A stretch of 64,000 nucleotides of DNA from Thermodesulfobacteriota bacterium. GTDB taxonomy: Bacteria; Desulfobacterota_D; UBA1144; Nemesobacterales; Mycalebacteriaceae. Of this stretch, positions 10,599 through 19,919 are shown in pieces (positions within the stretch are counted from its first letter, which is position 1; each line of letters begins with the position of its first letter). The translations under genes and the position numbers were made by a program. The stretch covers positions 64,001-128,000 of the forward strand of contig OZ242184.1 of NCBI GenBank assembly GCA_965205855.1, given 5' to 3'. The notes beneath the pieces were generated by a model. That model did no database searches and had not been told where the DNA came from. It saw only the letters and a list, made by a program, of their open reading frames with translations.

Positions 10599-10666
10599 CA
10601 AGCAAAAACGGTTTGATTTTTCTGTATGTGCGGATACAATCCAATTTTAAGTTGGCGGATATTCAA

Positions 10667-11314
10667 TTGAGAACTTTACTGCTTTTCATACCCATTTTTT
10701 TTCTGCGAATTCAAGAGGCTTTAGCCCACCACCCGTGGGAAGGACGCGCTCTTTCCGAGTGGCATCAAGGGTTTCTTTCGGGTCTCGCTCATCCGGTACT
10801 GGGTTTTGACCATCTGGCTTTTCTTGCCGCCGTTGCGATTTTATGCGCGGTTTTCTTCGGCGATAAAAAAACTCTCCTGGCTTTTATTCCGGCAACGATT
10901 GCGGGTGTTTTCATTTACCTTCTTGCAGGGTGGGAGTTTGAGCTCCGGTTTTACGAAACCGCCGTGAGTCTTACGGTTGCGGTTGCGGGTGTTTTTATCT
11001 TTCAAGGTAGCCTTTCAGCCAAAGCCGCGCTGTTTTTCTGCGCTTTGTTCGGGCTTTTCCACGGATACGCCTACGGCGGTGGAATTGTCGGCGCGGAAAC
11101 TTCCCCTCTTGTTTTCTATCTGGCCGGACTTACCTTTGTTCAGACCGCGCTTGTGCTTACAATGTCATTTTTCATTATAAAGTTTTTGCGGGTAGTCACT
11201 CAACAATCCTCAAAATCCCGCTTGTCCGCGAGCCGGTTTTCAAAGGTCGCCGGGGTTTTTCTTTTTACGGTGGGGGCCGTTATGTCGGTTCAGTCCGCAA
11301 TCACCCTATTTTGA
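10667..11314 (+). CDS. HupE/UreJ family Ni/Co transporter
   Basis: Signal peptide then AHH, GLAHPVLGFDHL, FGLFHGYAYG. Confidence 0.88.
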   Translation: MRTLLLFIPIFFLRIQEALAHHPWEGRALSEWHQGFLSGLAHPVLGFDHLAFLAAVAILCAVFFGDKKTLLAFIPATIAGVFIYLLAGWEFELRFYETAVSLTVAVAGVFIFQGSLSAKAALFFCALFGLFHGYAYGGGIVGAETSPLVFYLAGLTFVQTALVLTMSFFIIKFLRVVTQQSSKSRLSASRFSKVAGVFLFTVGAVMSVQSAITLF

Positions 11315-11347
11315 TAAGGTCGCCGGCTTCAATATAATTTTCTTCCC

Positions 11348-13957
11348 ATGAGCATAAGTGACTCAAGCACACCGATGCTTGGACAGTACAGAAACATCAA
11401 AAGCAGTTATCCGGATTCCATACTTTTTTTCCGTCTCGGAGATTTTTACGAGATGTTTTTTGAAGACGCGAAAAAGGCGTCTTCAATTCTGGGCATTACA
11501 CTCACGGCGCGTAACAAGAAATCGGACTCTCCCATTCCGTTCTGCGGCGTTCCTTTTCATAGCGCGGACGGCTATCTGTCGAAACTGCTTGAAAGTGGCC
11601 TTAAGGTGGCCATATGCGAGCAGGTGGAAAGCCAGAAAGCCGGCAAACTTATGGAAAGGCGAGTTGTGAAAGTTCTGACTCCGGGAACGGTTCTCGGTTC
11701 TGAAAATCTTGATTCAAAAACCAACAACTACATAGCGTGCGTAAATTCGGACTCAGAGGGTTTTCATCTTGCGCACTGCGACATCTCGACCGGAGAGTTC
11801 CGGGTCTGCTCTTTTGAAACGGAAGTGGACACCCTGTCCGAACTGCACAAACTCAGGCCGTCTGAAATTCTGTTCCGTTCCGAACCTCCCCTCCCCGGTA
11901 TGGCGGACTCAGATGTTTCCCCGTCGCCGCTTCTTACCTCAAGGGAGGATCTGTTTTTCTCAAGCGACCCCGCGGCGGCGGTTATGTCGCATTTTGGAAT
12001 ATCGTCCCTCGGAGCGTGCGGCTTTGAGGAAACATCGGGCGCCGCGCTGGTCTGTTCGGCGCTTATTGAGTATATGCGCGAAACCCAAATGGAGTATATG
12101 CCTTCCATAAAACTGCCGGTTTTCTACTCCGTTGACTCTTGTGTCCGGATAGACGACTCAACGAGAAAAAATCTTGAGCTTTCAATCTCCGCCACTTCCG
12201 ATGACGGCCCCACGCTTGTCAAGGCGATTGACCGCACTCTTACTCCAATGGGTGGAAGACTTTTGAGAAGATGGATTGACTATCCCTTGAAGGATGTTGA
12301 AGAAATAGAAACAAGGCTTGAGGCGGTTGAAAATTTTTCAGACGACCCAGTCCTTACGGAAAATACAACTGCGGAACTCAAAGGTGTGAGCGACATGGAA
12401 AGACTCATCGGGCGAATATCCACACCGTCTTACAGACCCAGAGATATGGCTGCCCTGAGGGATTCTCTTCTGCGGGCGGAGGAGTTGAAGCGCATTCTGC
12501 TTGAGGCAAAGGCGCCGCTTCTTTGCCGTATGCAAAAAGAAATCGGCGGGCTTTGCGATGTTGCCGAAGATATAACCGCGACAATTTCCGATGAGCCACC
12601 CGCCAATTTTGCCGAAGGTGGCGTGATAAGAGACGGCCGCGACAGTCGCCTTGATGAATTAAGGTCGCTCAGACGTAACGGCAGAAAATGGATATCCGAT
12701 TTTGAAGCCCGCCAGAAACAGGAGACGGGAATATCCTCTTTGAAGGTCGGGTATAACAGGGTTTTTGGATACTATGTTGAGGTTAGAAAGTCCGGTATTG
12801 ACAGTGTTCCCGACACATATATGAGAAAGCAGACGCTTGCCTCGGCGGAGAGGTTTACAACGCTGGAGCTTGCCGAGTGGGAAGAGAAGATAAAAACCGC
12901 CGAAGACAAGATACTGGTCGTTGAAAGGGAAATTTTTGACCGGCTCAGACTGAAAATTGCCTCCTTTTCGGACGAGGTACGCTCATGCGCGCACAGGATT
13001 GCCGTGCTTGATGTTATCGCCGGTTTTGCGGAAGTCGCCGCGCGCAGAGGATATAAAAGGCCTCAGGTGAACAACGGCGGCTCAATAGAGTTTGATGAAA
13101 GCCGCCATCCGGTTCTCGAGCAGATAAACGGGGCGCCCGCGTTTGTGCCAAACAACATCAAAATGGATTGCGGAGAAAACAGGTTTTTTCTCATAACGGG
13201 CCCGAATATGGCGGGAAAATCCACTTTGATAAGACAGGTTGCGCTTACTGTTCTTATGGCTCAGGTTGGAAGTTTTGTCCCGTGTTCAAGTGCTGTTGTC
13301 GGGGTGGTGGACAAGATTTTCACCCGTGTCGGAGCGTCGGACAATCTTTCCAAGGGGCTTTCCACCTTTATGTCCGAGATGGTTGAAACCGCCTATATAA
13401 TAAGAAACGCCACACCTCAAAGCCTTGTGATCTTGGACGAAATAGGTCGCGGCACGGGAACCTTTGACGGGATGAGTATAGCGTGGGCTGTCGCCGAACA
13501 TCTTTGCAACCTTGGAGCAAGGTCTCTTTTTGCCACTCACTACCACGAACTTGCCAATCTTTCGGTGTCAAACAAGGGGGTCAAAAACCACAACATTGCC
13601 GTGAAAAAAAGCGGAAATAAAATAGTTTTTCTAAGAAAACTCGCCCCCGGCCCTTCAAGCCACAGTTACGGAATTCAGGTTGCCGCGCTTGCGGGCGTTC
13701 CGCCCGAGGTTTTAAACTCCGCGCGCGTGATGCTTTCCTCGCTTGAGAAAATGAGTTCCAAGATGAGCGAGTTGATGGGAACAGACCAGATGTTGCTTTT
13801 TCCCGAAATGGCAGAAGACAATGAGGTTTCCTTTCAAGAAGGCGTCTTGCACTCAATCGCCGGGCGGTTGTCGGCTGTGGACACAATGAATCTCACTCCT
13901 GCCGAGGCGATAAAGACAATTGAGGAGCTCAAAAAGAAGATTGAAGGCCTTGGCTGA
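11348..13957 (+). CDS. mutS: DNA mismatch repair protein MutS
   Basis: TPMLGQY, FRLGDFYEMF, TGPNMAGKST, DEIGRGT, FATHYHEL, SYGIQVA. Confidence 0.97.
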   Translation: MSISDSSTPMLGQYRNIKSSYPDSILFFRLGDFYEMFFEDAKKASSILGITLTARNKKSDSPIPFCGVPFHSADGYLSKLLESGLKVAICEQVESQKAGKLMERRVVKVLTPGTVLGSENLDSKTNNYIACVNSDSEGFHLAHCDISTGEFRVCSFETEVDTLSELHKLRPSEILFRSEPPLPGMADSDVSPSPLLTSREDLFFSSDPAAAVMSHFGISSLGACGFEETSGAALVCSALIEYMRETQMEYMPSIKLPVFYSVDSCVRIDDSTRKNLELSISATSDDGPTLVKAIDRTLTPMGGRLLRRWIDYPLKDVEEIETRLEAVENFSDDPVLTENTTAELKGVSDMERLIGRISTPSYRPRDMAALRDSLLRAEELKRILLEAKAPLLCRMQKEIGGLCDVAEDITATISDEPPANFAEGGVIRDGRDSRLDELRSLRRNGRKWISDFEARQKQETGISSLKVGYNRVFGYYVEVRKSGIDSVPDTYMRKQTLASAERFTTLELAEWEEKIKTAEDKILVVEREIFDRLRLKIASFSDEVRSCAHRIAVLDVIAGFAEVAARRGYKRPQVNNGGSIEFDESRHPVLEQINGAPAFVPNNIKMDCGENRFFLITGPNMAGKSTLIRQVALTVLMAQVGSFVPCSSAVVGVVDKIFTRVGASDNLSKGLSTFMSEMVETAYIIRNATPQSLVILDEIGRGTGTFDGMSIAWAVAEHLCNLGARSLFATHYHELANLSVSNKGVKNHNIAVKKSGNKIVFLRKLAPGPSSHSYGIQVAALAGVPPEVLNSARVMLSSLEKMSSKMSELMGTDQMLLFPEMAEDNEVSFQEGVLHSIAGRLSAVDTMNLTPAEAIKTIEELKKKIEGLG

Positions 13958-14357
13958 CGGCGTTTTAAAAAAGATTTCCCGCCTGTTTGCGAAACCTCCC
14001 GCCGCCGAGCCCGGCGAGGCCATCGCCGCCGTTTTCCTGAAACGCAAAGGGTTTGTGATTCTGGAAAGAAACTTCAGACGCAAGTACGGCGAGATAGATA
14101 TTATCTGTTCCGATGGCGGAACTTTCTGTTTTGTTGAAGTCAAATCACGCTCAAACTTCAGCCACGGATTCCCGCAGGAATTTATTGACCGGCACAAAAG
14201 AAGGAAACTCACACTTGCCGCGCTTCAATATATCAGGGAAAAGCGCATTGAGTCCGAACAGATGCGCTTCGATGTTGTGGCGGTTGATCTGTTAAAAAAA
14301 GAGGTTTGCGCTTTTATAAAGGGAGCTTTTGACGCGGAATTTGAGGATTTCGGATAA
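13950..14357 (+). CDS. yraN: YraN (UPF0102) nuclease
   Basis: GEAIAA.FL...GF.ILERNF, GEIDII, FVEVKSR, RFDVV. Confidence 0.9.
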   Translation: MADGVLKKISRLFAKPPAAEPGEAIAAVFLKRKGFVILERNFRRKYGEIDIICSDGGTFCFVEVKSRSNFSHGFPQEFIDRHKRRKLTLAALQYIREKRIESEQMRFDVVAVDLLKKEVCAFIKGAFDAEFEDFG

Positions 14358-14371
14358 TTTTCAAAAAAGTG

Positions 14372-14400
14372 TTGACATTTAATCTGAGTCTATTTACTAT
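14372..14400 (+). promoter_or_regulatory. Orphan near-consensus sigma70 promoter
   Basis: TTGACA (14372-77)-17 bp-TACTAT (14395-400); no + strand CDS follows. Confidence 0.75.
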
Positions 14401-14405
14401 ATCGT

Positions 14406-14490
14406 ATTAAGTTAGGTGAACTACTTAACTTTTACTCCTCCTTACCACAAAAAAAGATTGTCTGGACAACGGACAGTCTTTATATTTTTT
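14406..14490 (+). ncRNA. Candidate small RNA with anti-Shine-Dalgarno seed
   Basis: Own promoter, 5' hairpin 14409-14431, unpaired UUACUCCUCCUUACCAC, 12-bp terminator stem 14453-14481 plus U tract. Confidence 0.65.
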
Positions 14491-14545
14491 GCTCTGTCTG
14501 TTTTGAGAGGTTTTATTTCCGTTTCAGGGGTTTGCGGCACAGTTG

Positions 14546-15361
14546 CTACTTTTTGTACCTGGACAGTTCCGCAAGTTTTTTGAGGGTCATTGCTCCCGTA
14601 TGGAGCGCTCCGTCCATTTCCCATGTCGGATAGGCTTTTATCTTTTTTTCATCGCACAGTCGCGGATTGGCATTTTTCCCGGCGGGGTGGCATTCAACAT
14701 ATTCCAGCTCTTTGGCGTATCTGCCGAAATAATCCTTCTGCCTGTTGCATGCCGGGCAGTTGAACGCGCCGTACATGATGGCCCCGTTCTCCTTCAGATG
14801 CCTCGCGAGGTTTTTTTGAAAATCGTCAAGTTCCCGGCTGACCCGGTTGGCGCTGATTGCCGGCTTCGGCTCGCTCAAAACCGAGGACGCATACCCGGCA
14901 ATCGCCACAAGCATGATGATTGCAATGCCAGATAAAATCTGTGTAACCCTCGCCCCTGTTACGGACAGAATCCATATTGAAAGCACAATCAGGGCTGACG
15001 CCAAGCAGAAAGGGCATATCTCTTGTATAACGAAAAACTCCGCCCACGAAAGATATGCGGATATTCCCACTCCCGCGCTTGCCAGACCGATTATGAAAGA
15101 GCGCTGTTTTTCAAGTCCGCCCCGTATGCACGCGATAATAATAACGGCGTATCCGACCGCCCCGACAAGCGATGCGGGAACGCCGAACAGTTGTGAAAAC
15201 CTGCTTTTCAAAACCGCGCCGCACTGCCAACCCCTTAAGCAATATTCCCCGGCTTCGCCCGTTGTGTAGTATACTGCCGTCAGATAGAAGCAGACTATGA
15301 AACCAAGAGTCGCGAGAATTACTACGGCAACCGACAACCTGTCTGTTTTGCTATTAAGCAT
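14546..15361 (-). CDS. VKOR-thioredoxin-like fusion (disulfide bond formation)
   Basis: C..C.AVL.S, ICPFC in the membrane domain; YGAFNCPAC...YVEC...C...AYPTW thioredoxin-like domain. Confidence 0.9.
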   Translation of the reverse strand: MLNSKTDRLSVAVVILATLGFIVCFYLTAVYYTTGEAGEYCLRGWQCGAVLKSRFSQLFGVPASLVGAVGYAVIIIACIRGGLEKQRSFIIGLASAGVGISAYLSWAEFFVIQEICPFCLASALIVLSIWILSVTGARVTQILSGIAIIMLVAIAGYASSVLSEPKPAISANRVSRELDDFQKNLARHLKENGAIMYGAFNCPACNRQKDYFGRYAKELEYVECHPAGKNANPRLCDEKKIKAYPTWEMDGALHTGAMTLKKLAELSRYKK

Positions 15362-15424
15362 AGGCGGTTTTGATTCTAACTTTAATTTGAAGAGAATTCA
15401 CAAAAAAGAATTAAGGAGGCTGTT

Positions 15425-16042
15425 TTGATTTCCGGTCAATACTCAAAAACCGCGGCACTTTTTCTTTCGACGGCTTTTTCTCCGCCCCTTGTGGTCTGTT
15501 ACGGGGCGGCTCTGATTGCACTTTCTCCCGTTTCCGCGGGCGGTTTTACATGGGCGGCGCTTATAGTGGCGGTTTTTGTTCTCCCGCCTGTTTTCTACGT
15601 CCTGTTTCTCATGCGAAGCGGCGCGGTGTCGGGCTTTCACATGTCAAAGCGCGGAGAGCGGGCACGCCCACTCAAGTTTATGGTCATCAACACCTCGGCG
15701 GGAATACTTCTTTTTAATTATCTGGAAGGGCCCACACTGCTGGTTGATGTTGCGCTCGCCTGCCTTATGTCTCTTCTTGCCGTGTTCGCGGTGACTTTGT
15801 ATTACAAGATAAGCGCACACAGCGCGGCGGTTTCTTCTCTGTGGGTTCTCGTGGTCATGCTTTTCCAAGGCACGGTTTTTCCGCTTTTGTTTCCGGTGTT
15901 TCTTTTCCTTGTGTCGTGGTCGCGAGTGCGGCTTTCTTTGCACACCCTCGCGCAAACGGTAACGGGATGCCTTTTGGGCAGTTGCATTACTTTTACCGTT
16001 CTCGCAATCGAGGGATATTTCAATTTCATAGGATATTTCTGA
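15425..16042 (+). CDS. PAP2-like integral membrane phosphatase
   Basis: KISAH and SRVRLSLHTLAQ motifs, multiple TM segments, SD AAGGAGG. Confidence 0.7.
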   Translation: MISGQYSKTAALFLSTAFSPPLVVCYGAALIALSPVSAGGFTWAALIVAVFVLPPVFYVLFLMRSGAVSGFHMSKRGERARPLKFMVINTSAGILLFNYLEGPTLLVDVALACLMSLLAVFAVTLYYKISAHSAAVSSLWVLVVMLFQGTVFPLLFPVFLFLVSWSRVRLSLHTLAQTVTGCLLGSCITFTVLAIEGYFNFIGYF

Positions 16043-17090
16043 TTGAAAAAGCGAGAGGCTCCGCTCCGTCCTCTGCGGCCTCGAAGATTTTTTCCACTAT
16101 GTGGGGGGAGTTGTCCTCGTATCCAAGCCTGCGCGGTCCTGGCGAATTGACCAGATTTTCAAGTGCGGAGACAAGTTGCGGAGTAAGCTTCGTTTCCACA
16201 TTGACGCCCATTTTTTTCAGTGCGGCGGCGTTGCATTTCTGCTCATACTGACCTTTCATCGGCATAACAAGAAGTTTTTTCCCGAGGAAAAGCGCCTCAG
16301 ACGGTGTTTCAAAACCGCTGTTGCAAAATACTCCCTCGGAGCTGCAGATGGAATTCGCGAAAGGTTCATTTTCTATCGGGAAGATGAAAACATTGCCCTT
16401 TCTGAAGGGTTTTGAGGTGCCGTGTTTTGAAAACAGATGCCATTCAACATCCACTTTGCGGAGATAGGGAACTATCTTTTCATAATCAAAAGACGGCAGA
16501 TAGACCGTGTAGTGTCCTTTGCCTGAGGGGTCGCGTTTGCGTATCTCTTTTCTTATAATCGGCGTTTCTATGAAAGAGTCGTATTTTTCAAAATGTATGC
16601 CCAGCGGGATTGAAACTGGCGCGTACCAGTTTAGAATTGCTTCGCCCATGCGGTCGATTCTTGCCGGTCTCGGAGTTTTTTCGGACATAAAAGCAGTCTG
16701 GTGGGAAAGCGACACGCATTTTTTCCCTTTTATGAGGCAAGCCCATGATGTAACCGGCTCAAAATCGCTGACCACTATGTCGTATTTTTCAAGCGGCAGA
16801 TTTCTTATATTGGAAAAAAGCGAGTGCGGACGGGCTTTTTTGATTGAGGAAACAAAGTCTATGCCCCCTTTTTTACCGAATACAAACCCGACACCGTGCG
16901 GACGATATTTCACCTCCGCTCCCACGTCTATTTCGCTGTGGGAATCACTCAGCAATATTTCCACCTCCGCACCTTGGAGTTTCAAAAGGGATATAATCTC
17001 GCGCGACCGTGTTATATGCCCGTTTCCGGTTCCCTGAATTCCGTAGAGAATTTTCATGCGTCCGCGTGTCATAATATTTCTAATTTTCAT
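16026..17090 (-). CDS. MJ1255/VC2487-like glycosyltransferase (GT-B)
   Basis: KILYGIQGTGNGHITR, SDFEP, VYLP, SEAL.LGK, GQYEQ. Confidence 0.85.
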   Translation of the reverse strand: MKIRNIMTRGRMKILYGIQGTGNGHITRSREIISLLKLQGAEVEILLSDSHSEIDVGAEVKYRPHGVGFVFGKKGGIDFVSSIKKARPHSLFSNIRNLPLEKYDIVVSDFEPVTSWACLIKGKKCVSLSHQTAFMSEKTPRPARIDRMGEAILNWYAPVSIPLGIHFEKYDSFIETPIIRKEIRKRDPSGKGHYTVYLPSFDYEKIVPYLRKVDVEWHLFSKHGTSKPFRKGNVFIFPIENEPFANSICSSEGVFCNSGFETPSEALFLGKKLLVMPMKGQYEQKCNAAALKKMGVNVETKLTPQLVSALENLVNSPGPRRLGYEDNSPHIVEKIFEAAEDGAEPLAFSIRNIL

Positions 17091-17163
17091 TAAATCAACC
17101 TTATTTGCCTGCCCCGTTTTTTATCTGTAGAATGCTTTAGCTTTTTAGAGGAGAGGGTTTTTT

Positions 17164-18330
17164 ATGGATATTGAATGGTCTCGTAGAATATCAGATTTAC
17201 CTCCATACCTTTTTGCCGAGATAGACAGAAAAAAAGCCGAGTGCATGGCGAAAGGGGTTGATGTGATAGACCTTGGTGTCGGCGACCCGGATATTCCAAC
17301 ACCCGCCAACATAGTCACCGCGGCTGCAAAAGCCCTTGACGACCCGTCCAATCACAGATATCCGTCATACGCCGGAATGGACGAGTTCAGAAGCGCGGCG
17401 GCGCGGTGGTGCGCAAAAAGATTCGGCGTTGAACTCGATTCCGAAAGCGAGGTTCTCGCCCTTATCGGCTCAAAAGAGGGAGTCGCGCATGCGCCGATGG
17501 CTTTTGTCAATCCCGGAGACTACGCCCTTGTTCCCGATCCCGGATATCCGGTCTATCCGGTTTCGGTATCTTTCGCGGGAGGTATCAGCTACCGGATGCC
17601 TTTGCGCAAGGAAAACGGTTTTCTTCCGGATCTCAAGGCCATCCCCGAAGATATTGCCCTACGGGCGAAAATTATGTTTCTGAACTATCCGAACAACCCG
17701 ACCACCGCGGTTGCGGAAGGTTCTTTTTTTGAGGAAGTCGTGGAGTTCGCCGTCCGGCACAACATAGTAGTGTGCCACGACGCGGCGTATACGGAAGTTA
17801 CCTTTGACGGCTTTGTGGCTCCCAGTTTTCTTCAAACGCCGGGCGCGAAAGAGGTGGGAATTGAGTTTCACTCGCTTTCAAAGACTTTCAGCATGACCGG
17901 CTGGCGCATTGCTTTCGCCGCCGGTTCGAAGCGCGCAATCGCCGCCCTCGGCAAGGTAAAAACAAACATAGATTCCGGCGCGTTTCAGGCGGTTCAGATT
18001 GCCGGTATTGAGGCGCTTGCGGGAGACGACGGCGGGTTTGAAAGCAGAAGCGGAACATACAGGGAGAGAAGGGACATATTCTGCTCCGGTCTGGACAGGG
18101 CGGGGCTTTCATATTGTAAGCCGCTTTCAACTTTTTATGTCTGGTTTGAGACTCCGGACGGCATGAGTTCAGCGCGGTTTGCGTCTCTGATTCTTGACCG
18201 GTGCGGCGTTGTTGTAACTCCCGGAAACGGTTTCGGAGAATTCGGCGAAGGATATGTGCGTGCCTCAACAACATTTGACACCGAAAGGCTGGCGCAGGCG
18301 GCGGACAGAATAGCGTCCCTGTCCCTATGA
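17164..18330 (+). CDS. dapL: LL-diaminopimelate aminotransferase
   Basis: LPPYLFAEID, DLGVGDPD, IGSKEG, NYPNNPT, HSLSKTFSMTGWR, KTNIDSG. Confidence 0.85.
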   Translation: MDIEWSRRISDLPPYLFAEIDRKKAECMAKGVDVIDLGVGDPDIPTPANIVTAAAKALDDPSNHRYPSYAGMDEFRSAAARWCAKRFGVELDSESEVLALIGSKEGVAHAPMAFVNPGDYALVPDPGYPVYPVSVSFAGGISYRMPLRKENGFLPDLKAIPEDIALRAKIMFLNYPNNPTTAVAEGSFFEEVVEFAVRHNIVVCHDAAYTEVTFDGFVAPSFLQTPGAKEVGIEFHSLSKTFSMTGWRIAFAAGSKRAIAALGKVKTNIDSGAFQAVQIAGIEALAGDDGGFESRSGTYRERRDIFCSGLDRAGLSYCKPLSTFYVWFETPDGMSSARFASLILDRCGVVVTPGNGFGEFGEGYVRASTTFDTERLAQAADRIASLSL

Positions 18331-19832
18331 TACCCGAAGCCATGACTTCAGGTTTTTCCCCCGGTCCGTTTTTCGCCTTTGAGGTTTTGTACTTTGCGTC
18401 CCTGATATTTCTCTCGGTTTTGGGTTTCCACAGATACCGTCTTTGCTGGCTTTATCTCAAATCCCGTATCTCGCGAAAAACGGTTGCCCCAGTGCCGGAT
18501 TCACACCTTCCGTCCGTAACGGTCCAGATTCCCGTCTACAACGAGGTCTGCGTTGTGAAAAGAATCATAGAAGCGGCTTGTGACATGGAATATCCGAGGA
18601 GTCTGATCGAGATTCAAGTGCTGGACGACTCTACCGACCAAACTTCGCAAATCGCGCGCGGGGTGATTGAGGACAAGAGCCGCGAGGGTTTCAAAATAAC
18701 CCATATCCGGCGCGGGACGCGGCGCGGATACAAAGGCGGAGCGTTGCGGGACGCTTTTGACAATGCCCGCGGTGAGTTTACTGCGCTTTTTGACGCGGAC
18801 TTTATTCCACCCCGCGATTTTCTTCTCCGCACGGTCGCGCGTTTTTCAGACCCCCGTGTCGGAATAGTGCAGGCGAGGTGGGGACATCTGAACCTGAGGC
18901 AGTCTCTCCTTACCCGTTTGCAGGGGATTTTGCTCGACGGTCATTTCGCGGTGGAGCAGACAGGGCGTTCGGGTTGCGGGCTTTTTCTAAACTTCAATGG
19001 AACCGCTTCGGTTATCAGAAAGCAGTGCATACTCTCTTCGGGAGGATGGCAGGAAGACACGGTGGCGGAAGACCTTGATCTCAGTTGCCGCGCTCAGTTG
19101 AACGGGTGGAAGATAGATTATATTGAAGACCTTGTGTGCCCGGCCGAGATTCCTTCGGGTATTGATGCGTTCAAGTCCCAACAAAGCCGCTGGGCAGAGG
19201 GTGGAATACAGAACGCGAAAAAGTTTCTTCCGGAGATATTTTCAAGAAAAGACATATCCGCGGGTTTTAAAACCGAAGCCGCGTTCCATATGCTCGGCAA
19301 TTTTTCAAGCCTGCTGTTTCTCGCGGTTCTTTTCTCCGCCGCGGTAATAAGCATCGGAGGGCGGTCGGTGCCGGGAAATATCTATTCGTCAATAGGCGCG
19401 GTGACTTTTGCGTCGGGCAGTGGAATCTTTTTTTTCTATGTTTTCGCGGTTCTTGACTCGCGTTCCGGCGGAAACGTTGCCGGGCGGCTCGCGATTGTGC
19501 CTCTTGCCATGGCGCTCTGGGCCGGAATGTCGGTCAACACCACAAACGCGCTTATAGGCTCCTTTGCGGGTCGGAGAGGGAAATTTGAAAGAACCCCGAA
19601 AACCGCTTCCACCGAAGCCAAATCCCTCCCGGTTGCCATATACGGTTCGCGCTTTCGCTTTGCCGCGCTGGTTGAAATGGCAATTTCACTCATCCTTGTT
19701 TTCTGTGCCGTGAAAACCAACATCCCGGATTCTTTTCTCAAAGGGTTTTTGTGCGTTTTCGCGGCGGCGTTTTTCTATGTTTCACTTCTCTCGCTAAAGC
19801 AGGGGCTGGGTCATTTTGCCGCGGGTTCTTGA
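18327..19832 (+). CDS. Processive GT2 glycosyltransferase (cellulose-synthase-like)
   Basis: QIPVYNE, LDDSTD, FDADF, EDLDLS, QQSRW (QxxRW), TM helices. Confidence 0.85.
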   Translation: MIPEAMTSGFSPGPFFAFEVLYFASLIFLSVLGFHRYRLCWLYLKSRISRKTVAPVPDSHLPSVTVQIPVYNEVCVVKRIIEAACDMEYPRSLIEIQVLDDSTDQTSQIARGVIEDKSREGFKITHIRRGTRRGYKGGALRDAFDNARGEFTALFDADFIPPRDFLLRTVARFSDPRVGIVQARWGHLNLRQSLLTRLQGILLDGHFAVEQTGRSGCGLFLNFNGTASVIRKQCILSSGGWQEDTVAEDLDLSCRAQLNGWKIDYIEDLVCPAEIPSGIDAFKSQQSRWAEGGIQNAKKFLPEIFSRKDISAGFKTEAAFHMLGNFSSLLFLAVLFSAAVISIGGRSVPGNIYSSIGAVTFASGSGIFFFYVFAVLDSRSGGNVAGRLAIVPLAMALWAGMSVNTTNALIGSFAGRRGKFERTPKTASTEAKSLPVAIYGSRFRFAALVEMAISLILVFCAVKTNIPDSFLKGFLCVFAAAFFYVSLLSLKQGLGHFAAGS

Positions 19833-19919
19833 CAAAGCCAAACTGAAATTTAGTATTAAAGGTCTCAACGAAAGACGAGAAGGCGTTTTGTCAACACGGG
19901 CGCCCCGGAGGTTTTAGAT

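Noticed and set aside
10525-11314. Possible genomic island at tRNA-Ala
   Set aside because: No integrase and no duplicated tRNA 3' end seen; mutS follows immediately
14410-14445. Minus-strand AAGGAGGAG as the SD of a small ORF
   Set aside because: No ATG/GTG/TTG at usable spacing; hairpin G:U pairs favour a + strand RNA
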